The notes under the pieces: model-generated
Databases searched by the model: none
Seen by the model: only the letters and a program-made list of their open reading frames with translations
Told to the model about the DNA's origin: nothing
Source of the DNA: Octopus bimaculoides
Lineage: Eukaryota
Assembly: GCF_001194135.2 (NCBI RefSeq)
Contig: NC_068998.1
Span: 11,819,750 to 11,883,749, forward strand
Length of the DNA: 64,000 nt
Direction: 5' to 3'
Program-made: the position numbers and the translations under genes
Shown: piece by piece, positions 23,781 through 37,581 of the stretch
Numbering within the stretch: position 1 is the first letter of the stretch
Layout: every line of letters begins with the position of its first letter

Positions 23781-24829
23781 ATGATGATGACGATGATGAT
23801 GATGATGATGATAAAAATAATGACAAAAACAATAAAGAAAAGAGAATTTAAATTCTTCAGAGGACAATATATAAAATGGTAGAAATGATTTGCAGACTAA
23901 ATCAGAATTCTAGCTTGAAACCCTTTAGAGAACCCTATGAGTGTGTTGCTGTAATGTCTGCACATGCACATATATTTACATGATACTGGTTTCAAAACTA
24001 TCAACACAGCTTTGTCAATCCCTGTTGAAGACAGACACGAACACATAATTATTCCATTCCATGTAAAATCCGACTTTGCTCTTTAGTACAGAATGAATTC
24101 AGAATTCTAAGTCAATATGTAGACCAACACTCGTACCTTGGATAGCTAATACAGTTTCTCTATCTGCCTATCAATCTATGTATACATGCATATACATGTG
24201 AACCCACACAACACCACCAAATACATGCATGTGTGTGTAACTGAATGGTAGATTTTGCAAGGCATACATATTATTGCATCTAATCTGTATGTAACATATG
24301 GCACACACTGCAGCAACTTAAGATAATGGCATAGTTATGCGCCATACACTGGCTTGTCCCTAAAAATATACTCCCCCATTTACTGCACATTTAATGAGAT
24401 CTCACCACCCATCACCATTACATCTCCATATGGTAGAGTGGTTAAATAAATATATATCTTAGTTCATAGTAAAATATGAAAATATTAAGTTTTTTTCTCC
24501 TTCTTTCTTCTATTAAGCACACTACAAGTTAGATTGCCTGCTGACAATTTTTGGGGTCCTGATGCCAGTTCTAATGATCAGTATGAGACATTTCAAAAGT
24601 GTACAGTTTAAGGTTAATATAATACTTCTTCAATACATAAATTAAAATATTTATTAATCCAACTGATCAGCAACCATAACATCATATTTACATGCTATTT
24701 AATTATAGTATTCTGATAAAGATGCTTAAGATGTCAAATAATAATTTGATAAAAGGGATTACAGACAAACAAAAATTAGAGGAAGAAAGAGGAGGTAGGG
24801 GACAGTTTTTTGAACTCAGCGGAGATCTT

Positions 24830-25260
24830 CAAAATCATCACAAATGTTTTAACATCTGTTTTTCCATGCCTTGCATGAGTTGGACCTTGTTTCAATCTTT
24901 TGTCATCTCCCCTGAAAGCCTACTTTCCTGAGTTTCTTGAGATCAGACACCACCTCTTCTTTCCATGTTTTTCTTCATTTTTCTCCCATCACGGGCAGTC
25001 TCCTCTGACAGCAGACAGCACTTTTTCACCCAGCCACTACTGGTCCACTATACCACATAGCTTATAAGAGTGTAGTTGTCTCTCCTGCACTCACTGGCTA
25101 ATAATACATTAATGCCTAGCTGTGCTTGCAACTTATTTCTGAGCTAACAACATACATTCAACAAAACATGCTTGCCTCATTACTCTCCCGTCTCCACAGA
25201 TCATCTACAGTCAATGCCCATGTCTCACTATCTACTCAACATCACAATGCCTCCACATTT
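24830..25260 (-). mobile_element. RTE-clade LINE, decayed 3' end
   Basis: Minus-strand remnant SETWALTVDDL..NEASM..RKTWKEEVVSDLKKL, then a 3' UTR TCCAACTCATGCAAGGCATGGAAAAACAGATGTTAAA. Confidence 0.75.
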
Positions 25261-26520
25261 TTCATATTTCATTCACATGGAGGGAGAAACCTCTTATTGA
25301 CAATTAATAAATTAAATTATAATATTCTGCTACTAGAGCTAGAAGTTGTGTGTTGAAACATTGGACATTAAACTTGTTGTTTTAGATTATTCACAGTTTG
25401 TTATCTTAGATAATGTAAATATCATATAAGACTTCAGCCAATTAGTCAGAGGCCCACTTCTGTATCAATTATCATTCTAATAACAACGCTGTAAATTAAG
25501 TCTCTCTTTCTCCACTTGGTGCCTCTTTCTCAACAACTATTACATGACTAATCCAGTATGTAACACCCTTGTGAAATTCAAGGCACAGCATTTTTTTTTT
25601 TGTTTCTTTATATAAAGTAGTTGTATAAAATAATATCTAAAATTTTCTTTACAATTAAATTTGAAGTCAAAACAGAGAAAAAAAAAAAAAAAAAAACTAA
25701 ATACTAGAAAGCTGTGGTCAACTTGTTACTCTGAGGCTTAAAGATTGTAAGTCAGATGCTCTAAGTTTTGATAGCATTGAGACAACGAAAATATATATAT
25801 AAAAATAAACTAAGTCATTTAAAACAACTGAAATAACATGAATAATCCCATTACATAGAGTCTTATATTCTAGCTTACACTTTAGAATACTAATTGTTAG
25901 GCTTATTAGATAATGAGTTGAAACACTGTGCAAATGCTTTTGGGTAAAGGAACATATTTCGCTGGCACCAATAAACGAACAAAAAAAAAATTGATCCATC
26001 TCATTCTATAGCAGAACATCTAAACAAAAGTCATTTAAACTATTTTTGAAAATATTGTAAAATTGCAAATCTGATCAACCAATGCCAATAAAATATTCCA
26101 CTGGGTCTAAATATAGCAGTTTATTTTATTAATTTATAAAATTTATTACAGCAATTTGAAAAATATTTGGAACCAACAGTGGCACAAATTTTTGTAATGG
26201 CAAAGATATTTCAGATCAGGATGTTTACTTGTTACATGTAAATCACTGTATAATTTGTAAATAAATATTCCAAATACACTTTACATTAAAGAGCAGAACA
26301 GCCAATTTAATTAACTTTATGGTTTCAAGTATCACTACCTTACAATGTACATGATGTGAATCATGTAATTTAATGAAAGAATAACTTTAATAGAACTTAG
26401 GGAATTAACCTCATCTACAGCTTCCCATAAGCACTTTTATTGTTCTTAGTAGATCTAAGTTAATTAGTTTATTTTGGAGTTAATTATACAAATGACTTGG
26501 CTTAATGAAGGAACACTTAC

Positions 26521-26745
26521 AGAGGCTAATGCTTTTCCTAATGTGTCTCCTGTTTGTGTAGTTCCTTGATTACGAGAGGCCTGCATAATATCAGAGCCAT
26601 TCACTGTAGGTGAAGTGTTGGAAAATGTGGATGATGACACAGGAGGCACAGTAGGTAGCGTGTTGCTACTACTGCGAAATGTTGACATAGGAGGAAGACC
26701 TGATGATAGCATAGCTTCATGATTTGGGGAAACAGTATGGTAACC
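26521..26745 (-). CDS. TCF12: E-protein exon: GYHTVSPNHEAMLSSGLPPMSTFR...TQTGDTLGKALAS
   Basis: 225 nt, phase 0 to 0. Acceptor ttgtttattttttag, donor |gtaagt. Contains the conserved LPPMSTF and TGDxLGKALAS motifs. Confidence 0.96.
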
Positions 26746-27294
26746 CTAAAAAATAAACAAATTTTACTTTATTGAAGATGGCACTAAAATTATTTTTTGG
26801 TTAAAATGCAATTAAAAAAAAAACAAAGCAAGAAATAAACAATAAATAAAAATGAAAATGTTTAAAAGTGGACAAGTCATCTGTTTTCTGCTGGCAAAAC
26901 TGGTTTTTCTTTTTAAGTCCATTCTGGTGTAAATGGGGAAATTGTTGTCAGAGTAAATGTTCAGAGAGGAAAATATTCAGGATAAATTCTGCTTTATTAA
27001 AACTTTTACTGGAGATTCTAAACAATTATTATTAGTTGCTAATTAAGACAAATCTACATAATCACATTAGGGAACATGTTATCAGATCTAATATAAATTT
27101 AGAAAACAAAGAAGTCAGAGGCATTTAAAATAAATTTTAGACATAAATGAATATACTACAGTTGTGGGGAGTATAGGAAGCAGAGTCCCAAGTTTGCTGG
27201 GGTCATGAAAATCAAATAAATTTCAGAAGAAACTGGCGAACCAACAGGAAATAAAATGATCATAAAATAAAAAAAAAATAAAAAAAAAAAAAAA

Positions 27295-27505
27295 NNNNNN
27301 NNNNNNNNNNNNNNNNNNNNNNNNNNNNNNNNNNNNNNNNNNNNNNNNNNNNNNNNNNNNNNNNNNNNNNNNNNNNNNNNNNNNNNNNNNNNNNNNNNNN
27401 NNNNNNNNNNNNNNNNNNNNNNNNNNNNNNNNNNNNNNNNNNNNNNNNNNNNNNNNNNNNNNNNNNNNNNNNNNNNNNNNNNNNNNNNNNNNNNNNNNNN
27501 NNNNN
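27295..27505. other. Assembly gap (N run) followed by (TG)n to 27553
   Basis: Run of N. Confidence 1.
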
Positions 27506-27555
<50 letters not shown>

Positions 27556-28060
27556 TGAGTATGCATGTGTACACATACACACCAACATACAAACACACAC
27601 ATATATATATATATATATATAACACAAACATATTCAAGAAATGGTCTTTTTTTTTCTGTTTCTGAAGCCAGTTTTAAAGAAAGGCTTGCTACTACCACCT
27701 AATATAGGTTAGAAAAACATAGGGTAAGGGAGGTTAAAGAAAGAATGAATTAACAGCAGCATTCTATTTGAAAAGAAACCCAAGCTGTTGCTTAGCTAGC
27801 TACTTGTGTTGAACAAACTAATTCCTTCCCTATCATGGAGATTGAGTGATACCACATGGGAGTAGGAAGCTAAGATTTTCCTTCAGAAGAACTGATTTCC
27901 TTCAGGCTCCTGACAGTAGCTTGACCCCTGTAAAAAGTTGCTGAGGGAAGCCATCTCCTCAAGATTGATATCTGATATATTGACTAAGAAGTAAAGATTA
28001 ATTAGATTTACTAAGTGAAGATCAACAATAAACTTTAAATATTTTTGTTATAGATTAACA

Positions 28061-28125
28061 AATTAAAAATTTCTTGTGATTTTGTTGATTGCTTTAATCA
28101 ACAAAATCACAAGAAATTTTTAATT
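28061..28125. repeat. Perfect 30-bp inverted repeat with 5-nt loop
   Basis: aattaaaaatttcttgtgattttgttgatt-gcttt-aatcaacaaaatcacaagaaatttttaatt. Confidence 0.97.
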
Positions 28126-29569
28126 CTGGAAAAAAAGAAAGAAAGAAAGAAAAAAAAAGCAACAAAACAAAACAAAAACAAATCACAATGTTATTGTAAT
28201 ATAATATATATAAATGTTATTGTAGAGAAGTGTGTGCATGTGTTTACAATTTTTAAATAGACTGATGAACAGATACATAAAGCAAATCGCATATCTTATG
28301 AGGTTTACCTGTACAACAGTGTTTAAAAAATGTAAACATATTTGCGATTTAATGCTAGTGGCTTCACAGAAATAAAAAATCATTACATATAAACACATAC
28401 ATGAGAACGAGAGGGCATTTATATCATTTTGACCTAGTAAAAAAAAAGAACAGCTAACATGTTTTTGACATTTTAAAGAAAACCAAACATGTAGATATAA
28501 TAAAGAGTACTTGCATATGGAAGAAAAATAAAAATGGGGAACACATTCTACTATGTTTGAAAATGATTTGGAATAATTTAGCTATTTATATCCATTTTTG
28601 AAACAATGATTGATGAAGGTGTGAATATATTTGAAACCAGTAAAATGTAAACATGTGCATGTATAGATATCACAGTAACACAAATACATAATCTTTAGTT
28701 TAAGGGTTTCAAAAGAATCAGCTTAATACTGAAAATCACACACACACACGAGAGCAAGAGAAAGGGACTTAGAAGTGAATATAAAAGTCTTTGTGTTCTT
28801 AAATGACTAAAATGACTTTTCCACATCATATATATTATACCCTTATAAATACATTTATATATACAAAGGTGAGAAAAGTACTCAATACATATAGTGGAGT
28901 CTTATATTAAGAAGAATCTGAAATATCAATGTTGCACGACTAACAGGTGATGCGAAACAGATTAACAAGTATGGTATCTCAAGTTTATATACACACACGG
29001 CTGTGTGATTTCAAAGTTTGCTTCCCAACCACATGCTTTCAGGTTCAATCCCACAGTGTAGTACCTTCAAGTGTTTTCTACAAAAGGCTTTGACCAACCA
29101 ATGTTTTGTGGGAGAATCTGGCAGATAAAAACTATCTCATTTATACCACACACACATACATACATACACACTAAAACAATCACTGGAGTCGATATGATCA
29201 ATTAGAAGTAGAAAACTAATAGAAATATTTTCCTGTTATTGACAGCCAATTTATAATTTTCTAAAGGATTAGTAAATGAACTATTAACACTCATGAGATG
29301 GGTTTAATAGTTGATAGGCAAACTTTTGAAATAGCCATCATTACTTTATGGAGAATGAAATAGGCAAGGATTCAGGAGACTGTTTCCTTTTTGAAAGAAT
29401 TTTTTGTCCAAAACATTCCCCACTCCTTACATTTTTGCCCATCAACTCCATGTCCTTTTCTGGTAAAATTTTACTGGTACTTTTCTCCACGAGGTGGAGA
29501 TAGTTATTCTGGAAGTCCACTGATCACCTATTAACCTGTCTCACAAGTACAGTAGTTTTCTTTACTAAT

Positions 29570-29960
29570 CATCATCATTGTTTAATGTCTGCTTTCCATG
29601 CTGGCATGGGTTGGACGATTTGACTGAGGACTGGCGAACCAGATGGCTACACCAGGCTCCAATCTGATCTGGCAGAGTTTCTACAGCTGGATGCCCTTCC
29701 TAATGCCAACCACTCCGAGAGTGTAGTGGGTACTTTTATGTGCCACCGGCACAAAGGCCAGTCAGGCGGTACTGGAAATGCCCACACTCAAATGATGTTT
29801 TTTATGTGCCATCTGCACAGGAGCCAGTCCGGCGGCACTGGCAACGACCTTGCTCAAAAATATTTTTTCACATGCCACTGGCACAAGTTCCAGTAAGGTA
29901 ATACTGATAACAATCGCGCTCAAATGGTGCTTTTTACATGCCACTGGCACGGTTAAGAAA
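29570..29960 (-). mobile_element. SINE family B copy with about four internal ~63-bp tandem units (tttttayrtgccactggcac)
   Basis: 3' part near-identical to 17945-18130. The unit recurs near 29735, 29800, 29865 and 29930. Confidence 0.85.
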
Positions 29961-30439
29961 TTGGCTGTATGTGTGTGTCTGTGTGTCAACATGCATGTGT
30001 GCATGTTACAAACAATAGCAGATCCTACTAGAGAGTAACACAGAATGAAAATTAAATTTTTTTTTTATAAGTAAAGCCTGCAGAGCAGTTTGAAATGGCT
30101 TCTTGCACTGAGTTCATGCCCCACTGAAGCCAAATACTGGTACTTTACTAGAAAAATGAAAGGCAAAGTTGACATCAGTACTGAATTCATTAAACCATAC
30201 ACTCTCCCGAAATATGTGGATCTGCGTCTCTGTGTCTCTGCTAGAAACCTTTAGATTTGGGTTTTAAGCCTTTAAAATCTAAAGGCTCCAAGAATAAGAT
30301 GAAGGAGGGCATGGAAGAAGAAAAAAAGCAGTCTTTTATATATATTGATTATCAAGTGCATATTTTTGCATGAGAGAGAAAAGAAATAAATGGCCAACTA
30401 CATCAAGCTGAAGATGTTTAATGATAGAAGAAAGATTGA

Positions 30440-31104
30440 GAATCATAACTGTAGAGGATTCTTTGCTAGCTTGAAACGTTTGTAGTTCTTATTTAGCTCC
30501 ATTGAGACCTGATTGAGAAAACCTATGATTAAAGCCTTCCAACAATAAACATCTGTCAAATTGTATAGCAGGGACTAACATTCTCATGCATGCTCCCCCC
30601 ACTTTTTTTTTTTTTGAAGACAAGTAGAGTGTGATTTGAGCTTAGCTGCTATTTCTAGCAAGTGCAATTGACCACAAAGAGGCTCCATTAGTTAGTTGTT
30701 TAGCCCCAGGTTAGCATCATTTTAGACTGAACTTGCGATGAAAAGCATTCCAGCAGTGACCACCCCGTCCCATTCCCAAGCGCAGAGCATGTACTGAGAA
30801 CCACATTATTCCAATATGTCTTTTCCAGATGGTAGGATGTAATTTGAGAGTTATGCGACTGCTATTTGCAACTTGTCAAATGGCCATGTTAAGGGGCCTC
30901 CTCATTGGCCCATGTCATTGAGTAAAAAGAACCAATCACAAAAAGGGTATATATATATATATATATATACATATATATTTTTTGTTTTTAAACACAAGCA
31001 ACGTCCAAAACATTAGATTTGCTTCCTTTTGTTCTTGCATGTGTGTTTGTGCATGTAGTCAGTTTGTACACATGTAACCAAGAGCATATATATATGTATG
31101 TATG

Positions 31105-31151
<47 letters not shown>

Positions 31152-31710
31152 CTTACTGATATATAGTCAGCTCTGACTGAGAAGACCATTGATAAAAGTT
31201 ATCCAGCCAACCCATCTATTTCAAAATATCAGAATTCACATTTTCTAATGAATCTTTTTTTTCTTTTTTTATTAAGCTTTAGTTGCTATTTCTTGCAAGT
31301 GGATCAACTTACATAGAGGCTTTATTGCTGTTTAGTCCCAGGCTCTGAATGAGCAAATGTATGATAAAAGGCATTGCAGCACTGACCAGAAGAGATTTGG
31401 CCGCCATTTGTAATATGTCAAGCAACCGTGGAGATACCTCACTGGTCTGTGACTGTTTCAGTTATTGTGTACTTCCTGATCATACCTGATCAAAACATAT
31501 TCACTATGAAATGCATTCCAGTTATGGCCATCCCATTCCTTTCCCAGACAAAGAGCACACTCCACTGAGAATTACATGAGTCCAATCTCCCCTTTTCCAG
31601 ACAGTAGAATGTAATTTGAGAACGACATGGCTGCTATTTGTAGCATTATTGAAGGGCCATGTATATTGGCTCATGTCATTGAGTAAAATGAATGAACCAA
31701 CCAACCATAA
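30440..31710 (+). repeat. Modular degenerate interspersed/tandem repeat (aaagcattccagc..gacc / gtaatttgag..gctgctatt modules)
   Basis: 30800-30935 is similar to 31580-31710, and the modules recur about five times around a (TA)n tract. Confidence 0.65.
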
Positions 31711-34700
31711 AAAGAGAACATGTTCATATATATTTGTGTACATACGTATGTTTGTTTTAGTACAAACGCAGTTTCCGAAACGGTTCCTGCTTGTGCCTGG
31801 ATTCATTACTCAACTTGCATGTGTGAATAAGCTTACTTTCATGCTTACATGACAGCGTGTGTATATGTGTATTCTTCATTTACATCTGGTTGTGTGCTTA
31901 AATTTGTATGTATGTTTATGTGACTGTAAGCACACGCAAGTATAGTATATGTTCATGTATGAGCTGTAGGAACATGAATGTATACTTAGGCTTGTCTCCG
32001 CATATGTGAACATGTATATTGTGTGTATATGTACTTGTCTGTGCACATACCTGTCTATAACAACAAATCAATCCACAGTAATGGATTGAGCTAATCATGG
32101 ATTTCTAATTAGTGTCAGTCAGGAAAAGTACAATAAATGAATCCACGAATGGTTTCAAGTATTTCTGTTGTTCAACTGAATTACGGAGATAATGCCTGAG
32201 TAGTTTCTTTTTAAAACCATAACTTAATTCTCAGGCAGAATCAGCAATATAGAGTATGTTGTGACAAGGCAGGCCTTTTAAACTAAATGTGCTGTCCATT
32301 ATAAAAATGAACCTTTTAAGCACTAGGCCATGTCTACAAATACACACATACACGCACATGTGTGTGTGTGTTTATTGACAAATTGGGTTCACTTCCATAG
32401 CATGACATGAAGGGCAAGTGTTCTACTTGAGCCTTGGGTTCACAAATGACTTGTAAAGCAAGTCTGGAAGGCAGAAACTGTACAGAAGCCAGTTGCACAT
32501 GCAGGGACTTACATGCATACATGGTTATGTGTATGCGCATACATAAGGAACAACTTTTCTTTCAAATATGCTATATATATATATATATATATATAATAAA
32601 GATCACCTTAATGCATACGTTTCCATAATTGCTTGACGCAGATGTACACTTTACTGATGCAGATATTCTATGACTGAATACTCTTCCGTCAAATCTCACC
32701 TGTGTCCTAGATAATATTACCCCATGGCCAGACACATTTCCATGGAAGAGTGGAAATGAACAATACTGTTTGTACGATGATGGTACAACTACCAAGCAAA
32801 TGTTCAAGACAAGGAGACACAAATAATCCTCACTCCACTCATGCAAACACACACACACACAGAGCAGGCTTCTTAAACCTTCTGCCAACCAAATCATCTC
32901 GTAAAGGCTTTTGTAGGCCAAAGGCTGTAGTAGAAAACATTTACTCAAGGTGCCATGCAGTAGGACTGAACTGGACACTACACACTTGGCTGGTTTGGGG
33001 CTGCCATAAAAGACATTTACCCAAGATACTGAGCATGAAATCAGCTATTTATAGGAAGAAAAAAAATTTTAATCTTGCATTTATTTCACAGGTAACAGAA
33101 AGCATCTTTTTAAAAATATAAATCATGTATTCTATATATGTTCAGTACAAAATCAATACAATGAAAATAATAAAACAGACTGATTCTAAGAAAAAATAGT
33201 GTTTTGTGTGAATAGGGTTTATTATATTTAACTACCACGATGGCAATTAAACAAATAAAACATCAAACTAAGGAATAAATTAAAAGAGTAAAGAGTAACA
33301 CAAATCCATATCCAATAAATGCCTCCAGCATTAACAAATTATGCTGCTAAATCCCACAAATTACCGAGTCTCAAATTTCTTATTATGTTTACTACAAGTC
33401 ATTATTTTGATTTATTTCCTTTGAATCCTGGTGCAGACACTTTACCCTAATTCACAGCTTTTTTATGCCTTGTTCACACTATTTAAATTCATAAATATAC
33501 AACTAAACTCATTAAAAACATCTTGCCTAAATCTCTTGGGGAATGCATTTACTAATAAGTCTATTGAGGGTAAATGTCATGGTTTGCCTAAATGCATCTA
33601 ATACGCAGATGATCTGCAGTATACAGGCAATATGAGAAAGGAACAAAGAAGTAATTATATTTTTTGCGGTCTGACGTATTTAAAATCTATTTGTGGGTGA
33701 AATCATGAATGTTTAGTTACTATTCTATATTACTATCATGAAATCATGGGCCTTGACAAATGTTTCGTTAAATTTTATTATAAACCCACTTGACCTGATG
33801 AACTGTGTCAAATTTCTTCATGTTAATTTAGAACAACAGCGAAATTGTTCATGATGCAGACATTGGTGGTGTCAGAAATCAAATTAGCCAAAAAACTGAA
33901 ATTAGATGATAAAAGTAACGACAACAATGATTTCTGTCGTTTTACTGCCCTTTTTTTTATACCTGCGTGAGGTGGATACATGAAATAATCAATGGTATTA
34001 ACATATAGAAATTTAAATTGCTAAACCTATAACATGAGAAATAGAAAACCTATCATGTTAATCATCTTTAAAAGCAGACTACACAATGTGGTCGTGCATT
34101 CTAAATTTACTTAAAATTTCTAAGCTTGTCATCAGTCAATAAAGTTAAGGATTAGAAGAACAATATATGGCTGATTTTGTTAAGCGATGAAATAATTTGC
34201 CCAACAAACCAGCCTGATATTTTATATGCAGAAAGATAGCAACATTTAATTTTTGTGCCAGGAGCCTCACAATAGTTTCCTAATATTAACTATCATAACA
34301 AGCAGTCAAGCAGATAATAAATGAAAATAATATTCCTCTGAGATTTCTTACTCAGCCTTATTTTCCTCCATGCCACCCATCTGCTCCAATTAAAATTTAT
34401 TTAATGCTGTAGGCGGGTATAATGAATACAGCAAAAAAATAAGAAAACAAGAGAAAACAAAAAAAAAAACACACACACTAAGAAACCCAGGTATAAAGTA
34501 ACAGGATTTTAATTTGCTGGGGCAACTGGAGATAGAGGAAGAAAGATTAAATAGTGTTAAGATATAAGTTATCTTAATAACATGGATGAAGAAGGGAAGG
34601 TGATGATCACGTGGCGTCCTGAAAGCAACAGTAGCAGAACAGTAATTCAGAACAATGATGATGAATATTACAGACCTTCTGGTAGAAAGTATGTTCAGGA

Positions 34701-35129
34701 TGAGAGACTACAGTTAATGCAATGATGGAAAATAAGGCACATTCTTGTATGTACATACAAGAATATACACAGTAACAAGTTTCTCGTATTAGTAAGTTCA
34801 TCTCAACTATGTTCTAAGAAACAATTGAATTATTTCAATGAATTTGAAAACCTAATGAAATTTCTGGTGTCAATTGTTCAGTAGAATATATGACCATCTC
34901 TACTGGTCTTAACCATTAATCTAGAATTAATCATGCTGGAATTTGATTTAATATCACACATCAAAGAACTATTGTAGTCTGGATATATGTCTGATGAAGG
35001 TTTCTAATTGAAGGTTTGCTTACTTTTAAACTACACAATACCACAAACCCTTATACATATATCTGGGCTATGTTTGATGTTTAGAGAGAAATGAACCAAA
35101 TCAAGAGACAACAAAAATAATTTACTTAC

Positions 35130-35275
35130 CATGTCATGGGTATGATGCATGCCACTGTAAGTTGATGGCTGACTATAATGATGGGAGCTACTATTGTGTA
35201 GAACTGATGAAGTGTATGAGGATGTAGGAAGGCCATTATTTTGAGACCATGGGTCGCTAGAACTATGTGGATTAT
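35130..35275 (-). CDS. TCF12: E-protein exon: (D)NPHSSSDPWSQNNGLPTSSY...YSGMHHTHDM
   Basis: 146 nt, phase 1 to 0. Acceptor tttctttctcttgacag, donor ATG|gtaagt. Matches vertebrate D..HxSSDxWS. Confidence 0.94.
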
Positions 35276-36764
35276 CTGTCAAGAGAAAGAAACATTAAAC
35301 AGTTTAAATTTAATTATGAAGCATTAAATATTGTCCAAGCTGGTATATAAGATGCATTTTTTTTTTTATTCTTAAATATAACAAAAGGTTGCCAAGAATC
35401 TAATTTGACTGCATTGCGGATAGGATACAAAGGGAATGATGAAACGTTAAATTTTTTTTCTTTAAAAACATAAAAAAAGGAAGGGTTTATTTTATGCAAG
35501 AGTAAGTCTTACAGACTGGCAAATACAGTGCTTTAAATTCAATCAACAGTACTAATTACAAAGTTTAACTCGAAAATGGGTAATTGCTGGAATTTAGTCT
35601 AAGCTGAAATTAAAAAATGAGTTAAAGACCAGCTAACTTAATACCAATTAGGGGCAATATTTTCCTAATTTTGTTGATACAAAAGAGTACAAAAATACTG
35701 AATATTTGGACCAAAAGCTTAAAATTTATGCTGTAAAAGTAAAACCATATCGAATAGGAAATCTCTTTAATGTTGTACACATGTATGTATGTTTATATAA
35801 ACACACACTTATTATCTTTTTTTTATTCCAGTGTAGGAGCCTGTACTTGGTTGTTCAACTGCTGATGTGTTTTTCAAGCTTCTTACTGCCTTGAAAATGG
35901 AAACCATATTTTATGACAACATTAAAAAAAAAAAGATGGCCATGGAACACCAATTAAATTATGAACTTTAACTGAGCTAACACACCAGATAGACAAGATA
36001 GAGTTTACGATGGTTTTAATGTAAAGGGCCAGTGGATTACTCTTAAGCATACCTACAAACCCAGTACATTAATGTTAAATGTAATGAACCAGAGAATCTA
36101 CTGCTATACTGTCAAGTATGCAAATATTTTATGTTGTTAAATATATGCCCTAACATATATGATTAAGTACACACACACACACACACACACACACCAAGCA
36201 TTACTTAGTTAAATATACTGGTTTATTTGCTTTGAAATAAATAAATAAAACTAGTGAGAATTTACATTTCATTTAATTCTACTGGTAAAAAATTCAACTT
36301 CACTAGACTTGATGTGGCTCCGTTGTTAAGTAGCAAATTATATACTAACAGGATCAACAATATTACTGAAACTATCAGAAGTTATATAATTAAATCTAAT
36401 TAAACATTAACAAATGGTACATATATATTATTTTGCAATGGGTAGTCATTTCTAATCTCAAGAAACTTTATTTAAATGAAGATCAAAGTTAAACAAAACA
36501 ATAGATTGGTTTAATAATATATCATATTTTTATGTTGTATATTTAATACTTTAGCATCTCAGTCAGAGCAGAATTTACACCTAGAACAGATAAATATCAC
36601 AGCTACCACAACAACTACTGTTGGCAGAAATGAAAGGGTCAAGAATGAAAATATTTATAACAGATAGAAAAAATATGCAGCAGTCAACAACATGAAAACC
36701 AAGAATGTTATGTATATCTTTCAGTATATGTATTGCACACATGCTTATATGAGTTTTGGGTTTA

Positions 36765-36805
<41 letters not shown>

Positions 36806-37354
36806 TGTTGAAACACAGAGAGTCTTAATCTTTTACTGGCTTATAACCTGCCAGCTGAAATCAACATAGGATTATACAGAAAATAAAATGTATCCATGGT
36901 CGAAACATATCTAAGTTTATATATATATATTGAATTTTATTCCAATATAATTGTATTGTATGCATTCTTATTTATGTCTTTCAAACACGGTGCATGTGTG
37001 TGTATGTGTGTACTGAAGGCTAGATTCAACAAACAGTAATGGGATTAGGTGCTTGTAGCTATAAAAAAATTAAAAAATTTAAAAAAAAGTTTTCTAAACC
37101 TAACTTTAGATCAGTAAGTATTCCATGTGTTTGTGTTACACTAAGAAAATGAAACAATGAGAATGGAAGTAGAATCAAATTGATTGATATATCGATTATC
37201 AGAACAAAAATATTTTACAAAGCAGTCAAATTTTAAGATATGTATGAGAATTAAAAATACCTGAGTTTATACACCAAGAAAACAGCTCCTAAATTTCACA
37301 TGGATCAATTTAGCTGTACCATTCATGACGGAAATTTTAACTTGCTTTTTGCTT

Positions 37355-37581
37355 TTAACTCTTTAGCATTCAGATTTTTCTATCAAATGTAAAGCTTATT
37401 TATTCACATTATTTTGAATTAATTATGCATTATCTCGTAGCTTTGAGAGTTCAATAATATGATCGTTGCATTTTTAGAATAACATTGTAGGAAAGGCATG
37501 AGAGATCAGATCTGGCTGGTTTGGACATAAAAGATAAAATATTTGGGCCAGATATGTCTGGTTGAAACACTAAAGGGTTAA
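37355..37581 (+). mobile_element. TTAA MITE family 1, complete copy (piggyBac-like)
   Basis: TTAA at 37355-37358 and 37578-37581, termini CTCTTTAGCATT...ACACTAAAGGG. Partial copies at about 39725-39822 and 55074-55250. Confidence 0.8.
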
